From: Podarcis muralis | Lineage: Eukaryota | DNA: 64,000 bases | Assembly (NCBI RefSeq): GCF_964188315.1 | Contig: NC_135656.1 | Location: 109,492,001-109,556,000, forward strand | Reading direction: 5' to 3' | Part shown: positions 49,330 to 62,916 of the stretch, piece after piece | How the letters are laid out: each line of letters starts with the position of its first letter | Position numbering within the stretch: position 1 is the first letter of the stretch | Program-made: the position numbers and the translations under genes | The notes under the pieces: generated by a model | Database searches by the model: none | The model's input: the letters and a program-made list of their open reading frames with translations, nothing else | Told to the model about the DNA's origin: nothing

Positions 49330-50970
49330 CATCATTTTGATGGTTAAGTCCAGTCTAAGGTGACTATGGGGTGTGATACTTATCTCGCTTTCAGGCTGAG
49401 GGAGCCAGTGTTAGTCCATAGACAGCTTTCCAGGTCATGTGGCCAGCATGACTAAACTGCTTCTGGTGCAACAGGACACTGTGATGTAAACCGGAGCACA
49501 TGGAAACACTGTTTACCTTCTGGCTAAAGCAGTACTGTGGTGTTTGCCTCCTAGGTGGGTCATAAGGAAAGGGTTAAATGAGTGAGAAGTGATTGGCCAG
49601 TGGGAACCCAAGGGGAGGAGTTAGAGTTCGAGTTCGAGTTGTTGGGAAGTCAGTTGGGAGTTGGAGAAGGAAGAGAGAGGATAAGTTTGTGGGTTGGTCG
49701 AGTTGTGTTATGAGGGAGTGAGAGAAACTGATAGGAGGAGTCAGATAGACAGTTGGGATAATTAGTTAGCAGTTATTAGGAAAGGTATAAGCTGGTATAG
49801 AAACTAAGATTAAGAAACTGACAAGAAAAATTATCTGAAACCATAAACTTGTTAAGGCTTATAAAATAAACTTGCTTATTTGATTTAATGTTAACAACTA
49901 TCTTGACTCTATGTGTACCCAAGAGAAACGGGTTGGTGGCAGCAGGAAAGCAATCACAGTGGTGGCACAGGGATCAATAGACCTTCAAACGTCTGGGGAC
50001 CCTGTGTGATCACCACAGCTACCTATTTATCTACTTGCAGTGACGTGCTTTAGAACTGCTATGTTGGCAGGAGCTGGGATAGAGCAACGGGAGCTCACCC
50101 CGTTGTGGGGATTCGAACCGCCGACCTTCCAATCAGCAAGCCCAAGAGGCTCCGTGGGTTAGACCACAGCACCATCCGCTCCTTGGTGAAGCGGTGTTGG
50201 TGAGTATGATTGAGAATGTGTGTGTGTGTTAAGGACTGCCATTTTAATGTATACAATAAAAATGTTTTGCTGAGTTGCAACTCTCTGGGTCTATTTGTGT
50301 TCCTTTCTCCTAAAGAACCAGCTACAAACATATCAAAAGAACCTCTGATTTGTAACACTTCAAGGTGTTACATTTAGCCAGAAAGTACAGACTTTTCCAG
50401 TTACCAACCTCAAAGAAGGTAAAGGACCCCTGACAGTTAAGTCCAGTCACAAACGACTCTGGGGTTGCGGCGCTCATCTCGCTTTACTGCCCGAGGGAGC
50501 CGACATTTGTCCGCAGACAGTTTTTCCTGGTCATGTGGCCAGCATGACTAAGCCGCTTCTGATGAAACCAGAGCAGCACACAGAAATGCCGTTTAACTTC
50601 CCGCTGGAGCGGTACCTAAGATTCGAACTGCTGACACACCATGCAAACTGTGATTAATATTAGTACTTGTGAGCGGATTGAATAGGCAACCTTACCTTGG
50701 CCTGATGGGGCTAACCTGCTTGTAAGAGCTTAAATGTAAAGGGACCCCTGACCATTAGGTCCAGTCGTGACCGGCTCTGGGGTTGAGGCGCTCATCTCGC
50801 TTTATTCGCCCAGGGAGGCGGCATACAGCTTCCGGGTCATGTGGCCAGCATGACTAAGCCGCTTCTGGCGAACCAGAGCAGAGCACGGAAATGCCGTTTA
50901 CCTTCCCGCCAGAACGGTACCTATTTATCTACTTGCACTTTGACGTGCTTTCGAACTGCTAGGTTGGCAG
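49330..50970 (-). mobile_element. Cluster of Sauria SINE pieces (49330-49535 with 50018-50180; 50415-50617; 50735-50970); another at 53964-54080
   Basis: Reverse-complement matches to the SINE consensus; boundaries approximate. Confidence 0.75.
49536..50017 (+). mobile_element. Solo LTR splitting a Sauria SINE (related 3' end at about 595-678)
   Basis: TGTGGTG ... CACCACA inverted termini, AATAAA, degenerate 4-5-bp TSD. Confidence 0.75.
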
Positions 50971-51090
50971 GGATACAAGAGCTTAGGGCAGACATATTAA
51001 CATTAGTGGGGCTGCAAATGAGGCTTACAGTTATGGTCAGATTAGGTTTTACACAGAAGGTTCTAGTGTGAGCCCTGGACACGGTGGAGC

Positions 51091-51137
<47 letters not shown>

Positions 51138-52463
51138 CAACATCATCATCATCATCATCATCATCATCATATTATTATTATTATTTATACCCCACCCATC
51201 TGGCTGGGTTTCCCCTGCCACTCTAGGCGGCTCCCAAAAGAATATTAGAAACACGATAAAAGATCAAACATTAAAAACTTCCCTAAACAGGGCTGTTTTC
51301 AGATGTCTTCTAAACATCAGATAGTTGTTTATTTCCTTGACATCTGATGGGAGGGTGTTCCACAAGGTGGGTGCGACTACCAAAAAGGCCCTCTGCCTGG
51401 TTCCCTGTAACCTCACTTCCCACAGTGAGGGAATCTCCAGACGTCCCTCGGAGCTGGACCTCTGTGTCTGGTCTGAATGATGGGGGTGGAGATGCTCCTT
51501 CAGTTTGGTAGCCAAGATGACAGGAGCAAGTTGCTCACATTTTCTTCCAATCCCTCTCCCTTGGAAACATCTTGAGGACAATTAAGCATTGCTTTACAGT
51601 CACAACCAAATGCAGGGCAAACAGCAACAGTTGTATTAAGTGCTGGAGAAGGGTGTAGAAGAGAGGGGATCACCCAGTTGGCAGGAGCAGAAGAGTAGAT
51701 GAGCTAACTCTCCAGCCAAGTTCCTTTTGGTCTCTCCAGGCAATGGAGAAACATACAGAAAAACCATGTTCCCAACTCTCTGGGGGAGTCTCCCCCACTA
51801 AGCTAGTGGTGGTGAAACTGGCCTTCCATATATTGTTATACTCCCAATGGCCATCAGCCCCCAACTGTCAAGGATGATGGGAGTTGCAGGCCAGCAACAT
51901 CTGTAGGGTCACAAATTTCCTACACTTTCGCTAAACTTTAATCCAAGTTCACTGTCCTTTCAGTTGTCCCAGGGGTAAGTGTGGCATAAACATTTGCAAA
52001 CATGTATTCTCCTGTGCATATGCAACAAAGAGGTGTTCTTATGTCCCCTGCAATTATTAATATCATGGTGATCGATTTGTGTTCCTGGGACCAATGTCCC
52101 ATAGGGTTTTATTTTTTAGAGGTCCCTTTTGAAATCAGTAATAATAGTAATAATAATATTGGAACTCAAAATCACTGATCATTTTTTGCACCAAACGTGG
52201 AAAGAGAGGAACATCAATACAAATATACTGAGCTAATAAGCATGAGGGTTGGGGTTCTGACCATTGGAGCTGGTCTGCCAGCTGGATGTTTGATTGCCTC
52301 TTCTTTAGCACTGAGGCCAAGCTCCTCCTCTATGAAGTCAGACGCAGAATGGGGCTTGCAAGGCTGTTGTATTTCCCCCCAGCAGATCTCTCTGCCAGTG
52401 CACTTTCTGGATATACAATAAAACCAAGTGAAGGAAGGCGCCCCTTGCTTGTTTGTGCCTAAA

Positions 52464-55400
52464 ATGATCCTGCTGCTAATATCGCTTCACTGGTTTTTTG
52501 GGGTAGTAAAGTCTGAATATGTAGACCTCTCATCCCTACGAACACCTCCAAATAATTATCACAGTCCAGGAGATTACTTCATTGCTGGAGTTATACCTGT
52601 GAGGACAGCTCTGTATCCAACCCATGACTTCAAGTCTGACCCTGTCCATGACTTCATCCCGTAAGTGTTACTTGCTGTTAGCTTTAAATTGTTTCCAGTC
52701 AATTCCAATCTCCCCTGCTACAGTTTGTATTCAGAATCAGCAGCAGATTCTTAAGCAAATTGGTTTTGAAAAGTGATGTGAAAGGTGAATGGAGAAGTGG
52801 AGGATTCATATGGAGAGATGAAGGAAATACGCTCCAGTGCTCACAATGTTGTTGTTGTTTAGTCATTTAGTCACGTCTGACTTTTCATGACCCCATGGAC
52901 CAGAGCACGCCAGGCACTCCTGTCTTCCACTGCCTTCCGCAGTTGGGTCAAACTCACTTTAGTAGCTTCGAGAACACTGTCCAACCATCTCGTCCTCTGT
53001 TGTCCCCTTCTCCTTGTGCCCTCCATCTTTCCCAACATCATGGTCTTTTCCAGGGAGTCTTCTCTTCTCATGCGGTGGCCAAAGTACTGGAGCCTCAGCT
53101 TCAGGATCTGTCTTTCTAGTGAGCACTCAGGGCTGATTTCCTTAAGAATGGATCGTTTAGATCTTCTTGCAGTCCATGGGACTCTCAAGAGTCTCCTCAC
53201 AATATCCGGACACAAACCTGGGTTTTCCAAACTTATTCTTGGCAAAATACTGTCCCCGCTTTGGTGAGATATGAGAGATGCTGTTTCACACAATTGTTGG
53301 TGTGAGTAACTCAATATGTTCTTTTCCATAAGTTATATAAAAGTTCCAATTCTGAGTTGGGAGCAGATCCACCTTATTTGTACTGTAATATGCAATTTTA
53401 CATCATAAGAAACTCATTCTCTGAGTGTTAATTCTTCTGTAGTTGAAATGTCACCATTTCCACAAAAAGCGAGGTAGCATCAGACTTGGGGGAACTCCAA
53501 AGTTTGCAAAAAATAAAATTTAGGAAACAAAACGTCAGCCAGATGCAACAGGTAGATGGTAGATGCTCGATGCTCAATTTCCTTTTCATTCCAGGATACT
53601 GGAAAGGAATTATGAACACATCCTGGCCATCTTGTTTGCCATTAATGAGATTAATGAGAATCCCAAGCTCTTACCTAACATCACCCTTGGCTACAGGATC
53701 TATGAAAATTGTTTCAGTGCCAGGACAGCCTCTGAAGCCACCATAGACCTGTTGTCTACTAGACATTGGATGGTCCCTAATTTCAGGTGCGGAAGGCAAG
53801 GGAAGCTCCTGGCTGTTATTCAAGGAGGGGACTTTGAAACCTTTTTCCAGATGGCAACCATGCTAAACATTTACGAGGTCCCTCAGGTAGGGAGAACAAT
53901 GTAGGCTGGGCAGAAGAAATCCCAGACCAAATGCCTTAACTCTTGTGATTGAAAGTGGGGTTTATTTATCTACTTGCACTGTGTACTTTCGAACTGCTAG
54001 GTTGGCAGGAGCAGGGACCGAGCAACGGGAGCTCACCCGAACCGCCGACCTTCTGATCGGCAAACCCAAGGCTCTGTGGTTTATTTCTTTGCAAAATGGG
54101 TTGCATTTCTAACTAATATCTGAAGCTTGTATTTCAGATGGCTGCAAAGATATTGTGTTAACCTACAATGTTTTGGACTTGTTTTGAACCGTTTTTAATC
54201 TTGAATTTTAAATCATTTAAACATTCCCTGGAATATTATCTTGAAGAACAAGAAATAAATAAAATAAGAACATCAATATAGCCAGTCAGAAGTAAGCAAG
54301 CACCATTGAGTTCTTGGTTTGGGACATATGTGCAGAAAAATTGTGTAGGGATGATAAAATGTCCAAATCCGATAAACGTTTAGAAAATTGGTGATTTCTA
54401 TCACCATTGTAAAATGAAGGCCAATTGTGGAAAATGAAAACAATATTCAAGTGGAAAATGCAGCAAACCTTGGTTGGTTTGGAAAAGTTAATACAGTTGT
54501 ACTCTAAACTGTCTCTAGAGGCAGTTCTGTAAGGGAACCAAATGTATATTGATGGGAAAGAAATATCAACAATCCTATACCCACTTTCCTGGGAATCAGT
54601 CCGATTGAACTCAGTGGGACTTTACATCTGAGTAGACAGACATATGTGAGGTTGTGCTGTTAAGTAGAAGGCATTGTTGACTAGCAATGTTATTTCCAAC
54701 ACTAAACATTCTTTCCTTTCCTTACTAGCTGATTTACGGTTTTGTCAATAATATTCTGAGTGATGAAATTCATTTCCCCTCTTCCTTCTGGATGAACCCC
54801 AAGGAAGCTCCACAGTTCAAGGGGATAGTGAAATTGCTGCTGCATTTCAGGTGGACGTGGATCGGTCTCATTGCTCCAGACAATGATGGCGGAGATCAGT
54901 TTGTGAAAACCATGAAGGCTGAGGTTTCTGGGAGTGCTATTTGTGTAGCCTTCACATATGCAATCCCACGGATATTTTCTGTTGAAATGAATGTTCCAAA
55001 AGACATGCTTTTAAGTTGCGTAGCACATCTGACTCAGAGGAAAGCCAACGTGATCATTTATTACGGCGATTCTGAATCAATGTTTCTGATGCCACACGGA
55101 CTGAAGGAAGTTGAAAGACAAAGCAATGCCACTGTAGGGAAAGTCTGGATTTCCACAGCACTGTGGGGCTTCACCTTAACCACATCTTTCTCATACTGGG
55201 ACATGACTTTCTTCCATGCCGCTTTGTCATTTGTCTTTCAAACGGACAAGAGGATAAAATCCCAGAAACTTTTCTTGACTGAAGATTGGGTTTTCCTCGA
55301 TAGTGTTTGGCCAGGCATATTTGAGTGCTCTCATACCCACCACAGATGGTCAAGGAAAACTTGGGAAAGGTGCATGCAGAGGGGAAACCTCCCCAAGGAT

Positions 55401-56182
55401 GTGATGGTGATGTCTGCTGAAAGCTACAATATTTATAATGCTGTCTATGTCGTGGCACATGCCTTACATGCTCTGATCACACCTGTATCTCACCACATGA
55501 TGACTGCAAAAGAAGGTATACCGGGCCTTCTGAGTGTAGAGCCATGGCAGGTAAGAGTGGAAGAGATTCATTGAAATCACAACTGAAATAGGAATAACAT
55601 GTCTGTTGTTGTCACACACCATTTTCTTTCACTTGGGCCATTTGTGTGTGTGGTACACACTCCTGTACCACTTTAACAGTCATGGCTTCCCTCAATGAAT
55701 CATGGAAACTGTAGGTTTTTTTGGGGGTGCTGAGGTTTGTTAGAAGACCCCTATTCGCCTCACAAGGCTACAATTTGCAGAATTCCCTTGGCAGAGGGAT
55801 AGATTGTTAAAACAGTCTGGGAATTGTAGCTCTGTGAGAGGAATAGAGGTCTCCTAACAACTCTCCTTCACAAACCACAGTTCATGGGATTCTTTGGGAG
55901 AAGACACGGCTGTTTAAAGTGTTTGAAAGGCAGGCAAAAACTCCTGCTTATGTACATATAATAACTTAGTTCCATCTACCTCACAAGGTTGTTGTGGAGA
56001 AAGAAAGAAAAAGCAGGGAAGGCAATGGGCACATCCCTGAGCTCCTGGACAGAAAAGCAATATACATCTCTAGAATGTAGTATTCACAGGTTGTGTAGAG
56101 AAAAATAAACATGAGTGTTTTTTTTGGGGGGGGGGAGGCTAGTTTAATTTCATTGTACATAGGTTGTACAATGACAATAAAG

Positions 56183-56229
<47 letters not shown>

Positions 56230-56350
56230 GTGTAGAGATAAATAAACATGTACAAACACATGAAAGCAGCTTTCCCCTTGCTTTAAGCATCCCAGCCCAT
56301 CGTCTCCTCATATTTTACAGTAAAATAACAAAAAAAACAAACATTTTCTA

Positions 56351-56395
<45 letters not shown>

Positions 56396-59300
56396 CTTTC
56401 GTAGATTTTCACGGGTACAGGAATGCAGGTTTTGGTGTCCTCGGGTGTCTTCCCGTGTAAAAGTTGGGGTGTCTAGGCGACGTTTCGACGAGGTCTCACT
56501 CGTCATCTTCAGGCTGGTGCTTTCGGCTTCTTGTTACTGGAACAGAGCAGGATCTCAGTGTTTGAGTTCCTATAAATACTGTTGAGGAGGTGTGTTGTAT
56601 AGCCTCCAATGTTCTGGGCAGAGAGGAAGTTCCCAGGCTAGTGTGCCTTTTCTTCTTTTGTTCCTTAATTGCTTGAGGGATATCTTGAGTGATTTCTTGA
56701 GTGATATCCTGAGTACCACTTAGGTGGGTCATTAGGTGTGGATTAGTTGCTAAAGCCTTTGTGTCTTGACCTCTTGAACTTTGTGAAGAGTTTTTCTGAG
56801 AAGATGGCTGTACTGCATTTAGTTGTGCTCTGGCTTGGCTTCGTGTATAGGGGCGAGCTGTGGTTTTGTGGCCTGTGCCAGCCAGATCTGTGTAGGGATT
56901 GCAGGGGGGTGCAGCATCCGGAGGTGCCACCATGGTTTGGCTACTGGATGGTGTCTGTAATTTATCTGTGGAGAGGGTCTGGGTTTGGGTCTGGTGTGGT
57001 TGATTGGTGATGGCGTTCTGTGTGCCTCTGGATCTGGTGTCAGTTTTTGTGGGGAGGGCTAATTTCCAGATGTCTGGCAAGCGGGATGTGTCGTCACGTT
57101 TGTTCATGTTGTGAGGGTGTTTCTCTATCTCGATGGCTTCCATGATTATTCTCTTGTGGTGATGTTCCATGTTAGAGAGCAATTTGGAATCTGCAAAATT
57201 AATTTCGTGTCCTGTTTCTTTCATGTGTTGGAAAAGAGAGGAAGTTTTTTCTTCTTTTTTGACGGCATTCTTGTGTTCTGCGATACGTGCATTTATTCGT
57301 CTGTTTGTTTGTCCAATGTACGTGGCTGGGCAGACTTTGCAGGGTATTTCATAGACCCCTTGGTTTTCCAACTGGATTTTATCCTTGGGGTTTCTGAGGA
57401 TATTGGCTATTTTTTGGTTGGCGCAAAAGGCTGTTTTGATATTGTGTTTATGGAGGATTTTGCTAATTTTATCTGTAGTGCCCTTGATATAAGGAAGGAG
57501 GGCCATGCCATTGTTTTCTTCTGTGTCTTGGTTTTTGGGGGGTGTTTCTTTTTGGATTAGCTTCGTAACCCTGTTTTGCTGGTATCCATTGGCAATTAAC
57601 ACATTTGAGAGATTCTGTAACTCAGTTGTCAAGTGGTCTTTGTCAGCCAGGCGTTTGGTTCTGGAGATGAGAGTCTTGGCTACGGAGTTTATTTGTGCAG
57701 GGTGGTGGTGTGATTGTGCATGTAAGTAGCGGTTGGTGTGTGTTTTTTTCCGGTAGATAGTGTGTCCTAGGGAGCCATCAGGTTTTTTGTAGATTAGGAC
57801 GTCAAGGAAGGGAAGTTGGTTGTTGGCTTCTATTTCCATAGTGAATTGTATTTTGGGGTGTAGGCTGTTGAGATGTGTGAGGAAGCTGTCCAGTTTTTCC
57901 TTCCCGTGTGGCCAAATTACAAAGCTGAAGATGACGAGTGAGACCTCGTCGAAACGTCGCCTAGACACCCCAACTTTTACACGGGAAGACACCCGAGGAC
58001 ACCAAAACCTGCATATATATATATATATATATACAAGCTGAAAATACCCTAATTCAGTGCTTTTTTCCTTGGGGGTACTCAAGGGTATGCAGTACCGGCA
58101 CCTTTTTGGCTAGAAGAAAAGCACTGCCCTAACTGCGTGCAGTTAACTGCAGTTAGTCGCTGAGCCACCAATGCTCAGCCTAACCTACTCCATAGGGCTG
58201 CTGTGAAGGTAAAAGCAGGAAGGGGAAAACAGTGTGCCAAATCTGACTCCCTGCGACCCCATGGTGCTGTTGTGCGCTCATCACCTGTGTCCAACAGCAT
58301 GGTGTTGTTGTTGCTGAATGCCAAGTTGCTCATAATAATAATAATAATTTATTTATACCCCCACCCATCTGGCTGGGTTTCCCCAGCCACTCTGGGCAGC
58401 TTCCAACAAAATATTAAAATACAATAGTCTGTTAAACATTAAAAGCTTCCCTAAACAGGGCTGCCTTCAGATGTCTTCTAAAAGTCTGGTAGTTGTTTAT
58501 CTCTTTGACATCTGATGGGTGGGCGTTCCACAGGGCAGGCGCCACTACTGAGAAGGTCCTCTGTCTGGTTCCCTGTAATCTTGCTTCTCGCCAGAAGGCC
58601 CTCGGCACTGGACATCAGTGTCCGGGCTGAACGATGAGGGTGGAGACACTCCTTCAGGTATACTGGGCCGAGGCCGTTTAGGTCTTTAAAGGTCAGCACT
58701 TTGAATTGTGCTCAGAAACGTACTCATTTGTGCTCATTCATTATTCAATTATGGGTGAGGGCACCAAGCTGGGGTGCATTACTGAGACTTGGGTTGGTGC
58801 AACTACATGACTACCTGGGTGGAGAAGAAAGCTTGCCATGGTTCACAGGAGTTTGTTCTCCCTCACCAGGAAACCTCTCTTTACCTTGGAGCAGAAGTAG
58901 AGGGCCTGCATCTACTGCTGGGTCTGAGAGACAGGTCAGGGCCGCTGTTGGTGTACCACCCACTCATCTGCCCAAAAGCTTCTCTGACATGGTTTCCTTT
59001 TTCTTTGCTTTTCCTTTTTCCTCCATGTTTTTATTTATACTCTTCAAGTTTATGCATTTCATTAGTTTTACAATCACTTTAACATTTCAAAGTTTGACTT
59101 CCTTCGCCCTCTTCCTGTAGTTCCTTAAATTTATTTTTTAACAACTTCTGCATATTCAAATTCATTTAATTTGCTCATTTAATTATCTACTTCAAATATA
59201 TACTCTTAAGAAACTGCAGGTTATTATAATAATCCTGCTAATGTTTTTATCTGTTTGCAATTTATCTGTAAATATTCAATAAACCATTTCCATTCTTTTA

Positions 59301-61348
59301 TAAAAAGTTATCTTTATTTCTTATTCTTCCAGTAAGTTTCACTATTTCTGCATATTCCATAAGTTTTTGTATCCATTCTTCCTTTGCTGGGACTTCTGCT
59401 TCTTTCCAGCCTGGGGCAAGTAACATTCTTGCTGCTGTAGTAGCATACATAAATAAATTTCTATACAATTTAGGTAGCACTGTCCCTATAATTCCCAAAA
59501 GAAAAGCTTCTGGGTTGTTGTTTTTTACCAAAGTTATTTTGAATATCCTTTTCAATTCACTGTATATCATTTCCCAGTAAGCTTTAACCTTACTACAAGA
59601 CCACCACATATGATAAAAAGAACCTTCTTTCTCTCTACATTTCCAACACTTGTTTGATTTAGATTTATACATTTTTACCAGTTTACTCGGTGTTAGATAC
59701 CAATGACATATCATTTTCATATAATTTTCTCTTCAACCATAACATGCTGTAAATTTTATATCCATATTCCACAATCATTCCCATGCTTCCATATCTATAT
59801 TATGACCGATATCTATTGCCCAGTGCATCATTGAGGATTTTGCGTGCTCATCCTTTGTCTCCCATTCCAATAATATTTTATACATTTTAGACAGCACTTT
59901 TACATTACATTCCAACAGGTCTCTCTCCACTTGTGATATTTGATCTCTGACACAGTTTTCAGCATGGTTCTGGCTGATAATTCTGGGTGACTTCAACATT
60001 CAAGTGGAGGCTACAGCCATATAACATCAATTCTAGGGCAGGGGATGGGGGAATAGAACAGTTGGAGATTGGAAATGAAAAGAGGAATGGGATCTTGATT
60101 GTTTTATCCATTTCACAAATGTTGGCCTTCTCTCCCTTCCTCTCATTTCAGCTTCACCATTTCCTGAGAACTGTCCGCTTTAACAGCACTACCATGGATG
60201 AAATATATTTTGATGAAGATGAGCTGGTGGCCAGCTATGATATTGTGAATGTGGTTGTGTTTCCTAACAATACTGTTTCACGGGTGAAAGTTGGCAAGCT
60301 GGAGACCCAAGCTTCCTCAGGTGTACAGTTGATTATTCACGAGGAGGCAATAGTGTGGCCCAACTGGTTTAATCAGGTGGGGAATATATCCTTTGTAAAC
60401 CAAAACAAAACAAAAAACACCCCCAAGCTAATATAATTGCAGTTAAGAAAGTGAGCAGTGATCCTGGAGATCTCCAGTTCAAATGAACAAGGGACAAATT
60501 AGCTCATCTCAGCTGTCAGGAATGAGCCAGTTCCTAGTGGAACTTTACAGCCGGCTGCAGAACAGAGAGGTTTAGATTTGACCCAGGAGGAACAGTGGCC
60601 TGTGCCGAATCCCCTGGACATTGGAATGCCGGTTGCCAAGGGAACAACTGAGAGTGGGCTGGAACACAGCCAAGGCTCTCAGGAAACTCAAACAGGCGTG
60701 AACAGACACAGAGACAGTATTGCGGAACCGGAAGCAGTTGGAGGTGATCCAATGTCTGAAGAGTCGGTGAATGGGAGGGCTGCTAGACAGGAAGCAAAAC
60801 AAGTAAGGTGCAAAAGTTCAATATCTTCTGTAGGAACTGGAAGGAGTCTTCAGAAGGGTCATCTTGAGTGATAATGTTGGCAGCTTTGTTAGAACCATCT
60901 GGAGCTATCTGTTTGCTTTTGCAATAAATCCTCCTTTTTAATTACCTACGCTTACTGTGTTATCAAGCCCGGAACCTGGACTCCTGACATCAGCCTTAAC
61001 CTCTCATTTGTTATTTGGACATGATAGTCTTGGAATAAGATGCTATGCTGATCATTTTTAACAAGTACTTTGCAGCACCTTAAAAACTCAGAATGAATTG
61101 TGTCACATGCTCTTATGTTATAATATATTTTGTTTGGGTTTCCATCACGATAGAAGGGTTTAGTAGCCACAGATAAAGCAGAAACTCCTCAAACCTTATT
61201 TGTTTTCTTGGTGCCCTTCAGACAAGGCCTCATTCTGCCTGTACAGAAAGCTGCCAACCCGGATCCAGCAAGGTGGTGCCCGAAGGACAACGAATTTGCT
61301 GCTATAATTGTGACCCTTGCGTGGAAGGAACCATTTCTACCAAGGCAG
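52464..61348 (+). CDS. Vmn2r: Vomeronasal type-2 receptor D, exons 1-5 only; join(52464..52660,53595..53886,54729..55550,60152..60376,61222..61348); exon 6 beyond window
   Basis: Exons of 197/292/822/225/127 nt, all open and in phase. The intron 5 sequence homologous to B and C continues to 62916. Confidence 0.92.
56393..58014 (-). mobile_element. 5'-truncated Penelope-like retroelement (RT thumb plus GIY-YIG endonuclease, Poseidon-like) with inverted 5' pLTR
   Basis: ORF 56496..58082 contains [18 protein letters not shown] and GVYEIPC..C...YIGQT...RIAEH. A 90-bp inverted repeat lies at 56423-56512 / 57925-58014. (TA)n tracts on both flanks. Confidence 0.93.
56470..56520 (-). ncRNA. Minimal hammerhead motif in the Penelope 3' pLTR (inverted copy at 57925-57960 on +)
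   Basis: CUGAAGA-U-GACGAG(UGAGAC)CUCGUC-GAAAC-GUC with palindromic ACGU stem III. Stem I is weak (2 clear pairs). Confidence 0.6.
58055..58126. mobile_element. 72-bp hAT-type micro-MITE
   Basis: CAGTGCTTTT ... AAAAGCACTG; TSD CCCTAATT / CCCTAACT. Confidence 0.65.
58990..59990 (-). mobile_element. L1 ORF2 3' fragment (other L1 3' remnants at about 8880-9230, 26870-27210, 46060-46370)
   Basis: KCWKC...[10 protein letters not shown] zinc knuckle. Confidence 0.85.
60514..60989 (+). mobile_element. Solo LTR in V2R-D intron 4
   Basis: TGTCAGGA ... TCCTGACA, 5-bp TSD TCAGC, AATAAA at about 60922. Confidence 0.85.
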
Positions 61349-62916
61349 GTAAATGATTTTGTAGGAACAGCAGACCCTGGGAGACTGAGGAGGAGGTTCA
61401 AAATGACTGTAGTCAAGCTAGGCCAGAAAATAATTCTGGCACAATCGGGACGATTTGCAAAACGGAGATCCAGAACACCAAGGTGCTGATTTTTCACAAC
61501 ACCTTTACATTTTTAATCTTCAGTTCTTGAGAATCAGTTTCAGGGCAATAATTTACCTAATGCAATGTAGCCCCAAAGAGACTGAAGTTATAGCTTGTTC
61601 CCCTGCTAGGTACTCTCAGAAAGCCTCTGCTGCACCACATTCACCCATTCAAGCCACTAAACAGCATGTGGTCTGTGAAGGCTATTGACCATAATAGGGT
61701 TGTACATCCCTACTCACCCACCCACTCAGGCCCTGGGTTGCTCTGGATGGGCCATATCAGTGGCTGTCTCAACCCAATTTATCTCAAGCCCCCCATTGCC
61801 ATGTCTTCAGGACTTCAGTTGAATCCAGCACATAGTTTTAGAACAGTTTTCAGATTTTATGGCTGCAGTCTTTCAATAGCACAAAAATACATCTCGGCCA
61901 TTTTGCCACAGCCACAGTTCTTTTTCTGTCCAATCATGCTTCGTTCCAAGTTGTTACAATGGTATTAAAATGCTGACTTCTAGTACTATTCCATTTTTCA
62001 TTATTTCAGTAAAACACATCAGTGTGCTGGACGTTCCAGACCATTGTCTGAAGAATTCTTTTTAGTCCCCCCCAGTTGTTCCTGCTCCGATTTAGACATC
62101 GCTGCACCACATTTCTTGACCAGTGCTTTGGAAGTTCATTTTAAAAAGGAACTGGTTTCAGTTCAAGTTAATCCCCCCCCCAAAAAAAACCGAGCTGGTT
62201 CACTTCACGTTCAGTCAAGAGAACTTGTTTAGCTCACAAAAAGCAGGTCTTCCATGACACACAGCCAAGATTGCCTCTGGCCTCTTCAGCAGCCTCAACT
62301 TTTGTAGCTGGAGTCAGTTAGGGCCCTATCCTCTCAGACCTCTCAGGGAAAAGGTCTGCAAGGTGGGGAGCAGGTCCTCCAGGACTTACAACCAAGATGG
62401 CTTACCCTGTTTAATTTGTACCAGCCAGGAAACTGTTAAAGGGATTTCCAATTCACTTCTTTCTTTTAATGAAAGCTAAGTGTAATGAAAGCTAAGAGTA
62501 TGAAGGCATTGGGGGTTGGACATGAAGATGAACTATAAATTGTTCAAAGTTCTAGCCTGGAATGAATTTAATGTGTCATTAATTCACCCACAACTATGGC
62601 AACTGTATTATTCAGATATTTTTGAACTAGTTCAGCTGAACCAATTCATTCAAAGCACTAATTGTGGCCTTATGCAGCTCAACATCAACTCATTACCTGA
62701 TGAGTAACTATTTCTCCTGGTGTTCAGCTATGCTCCTCATTCTATAGATCTGACAGGTTCTGGTAGCCTACCACCATTCTAGATTTGTTTGAGATGTTGC
62801 GCAGGATGTGAAGTAAAAGGCAGAATGTTGAGTAAAACTACACAAAAGCAAATCAAGCTGCCTCATTTATGTAGGGAGATTCTTGATAATAAGGAAAATT
62901 ATTGACATTTGATGTA

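Noticed and set aside
57925-57960. Active sense-strand hammerhead in V2R-D intron 3
   Set aside because: The inversion starts at C3, so the 5' strand of stem I is missing and upstream bases (acaaag) do not pair with gccuag.
56496-58082. 528-aa ORF as a complete protein
   Set aside because: Its start lies in flanking DNA and the inverted pLTR; the RT is truncated, so the element is non-autonomous.
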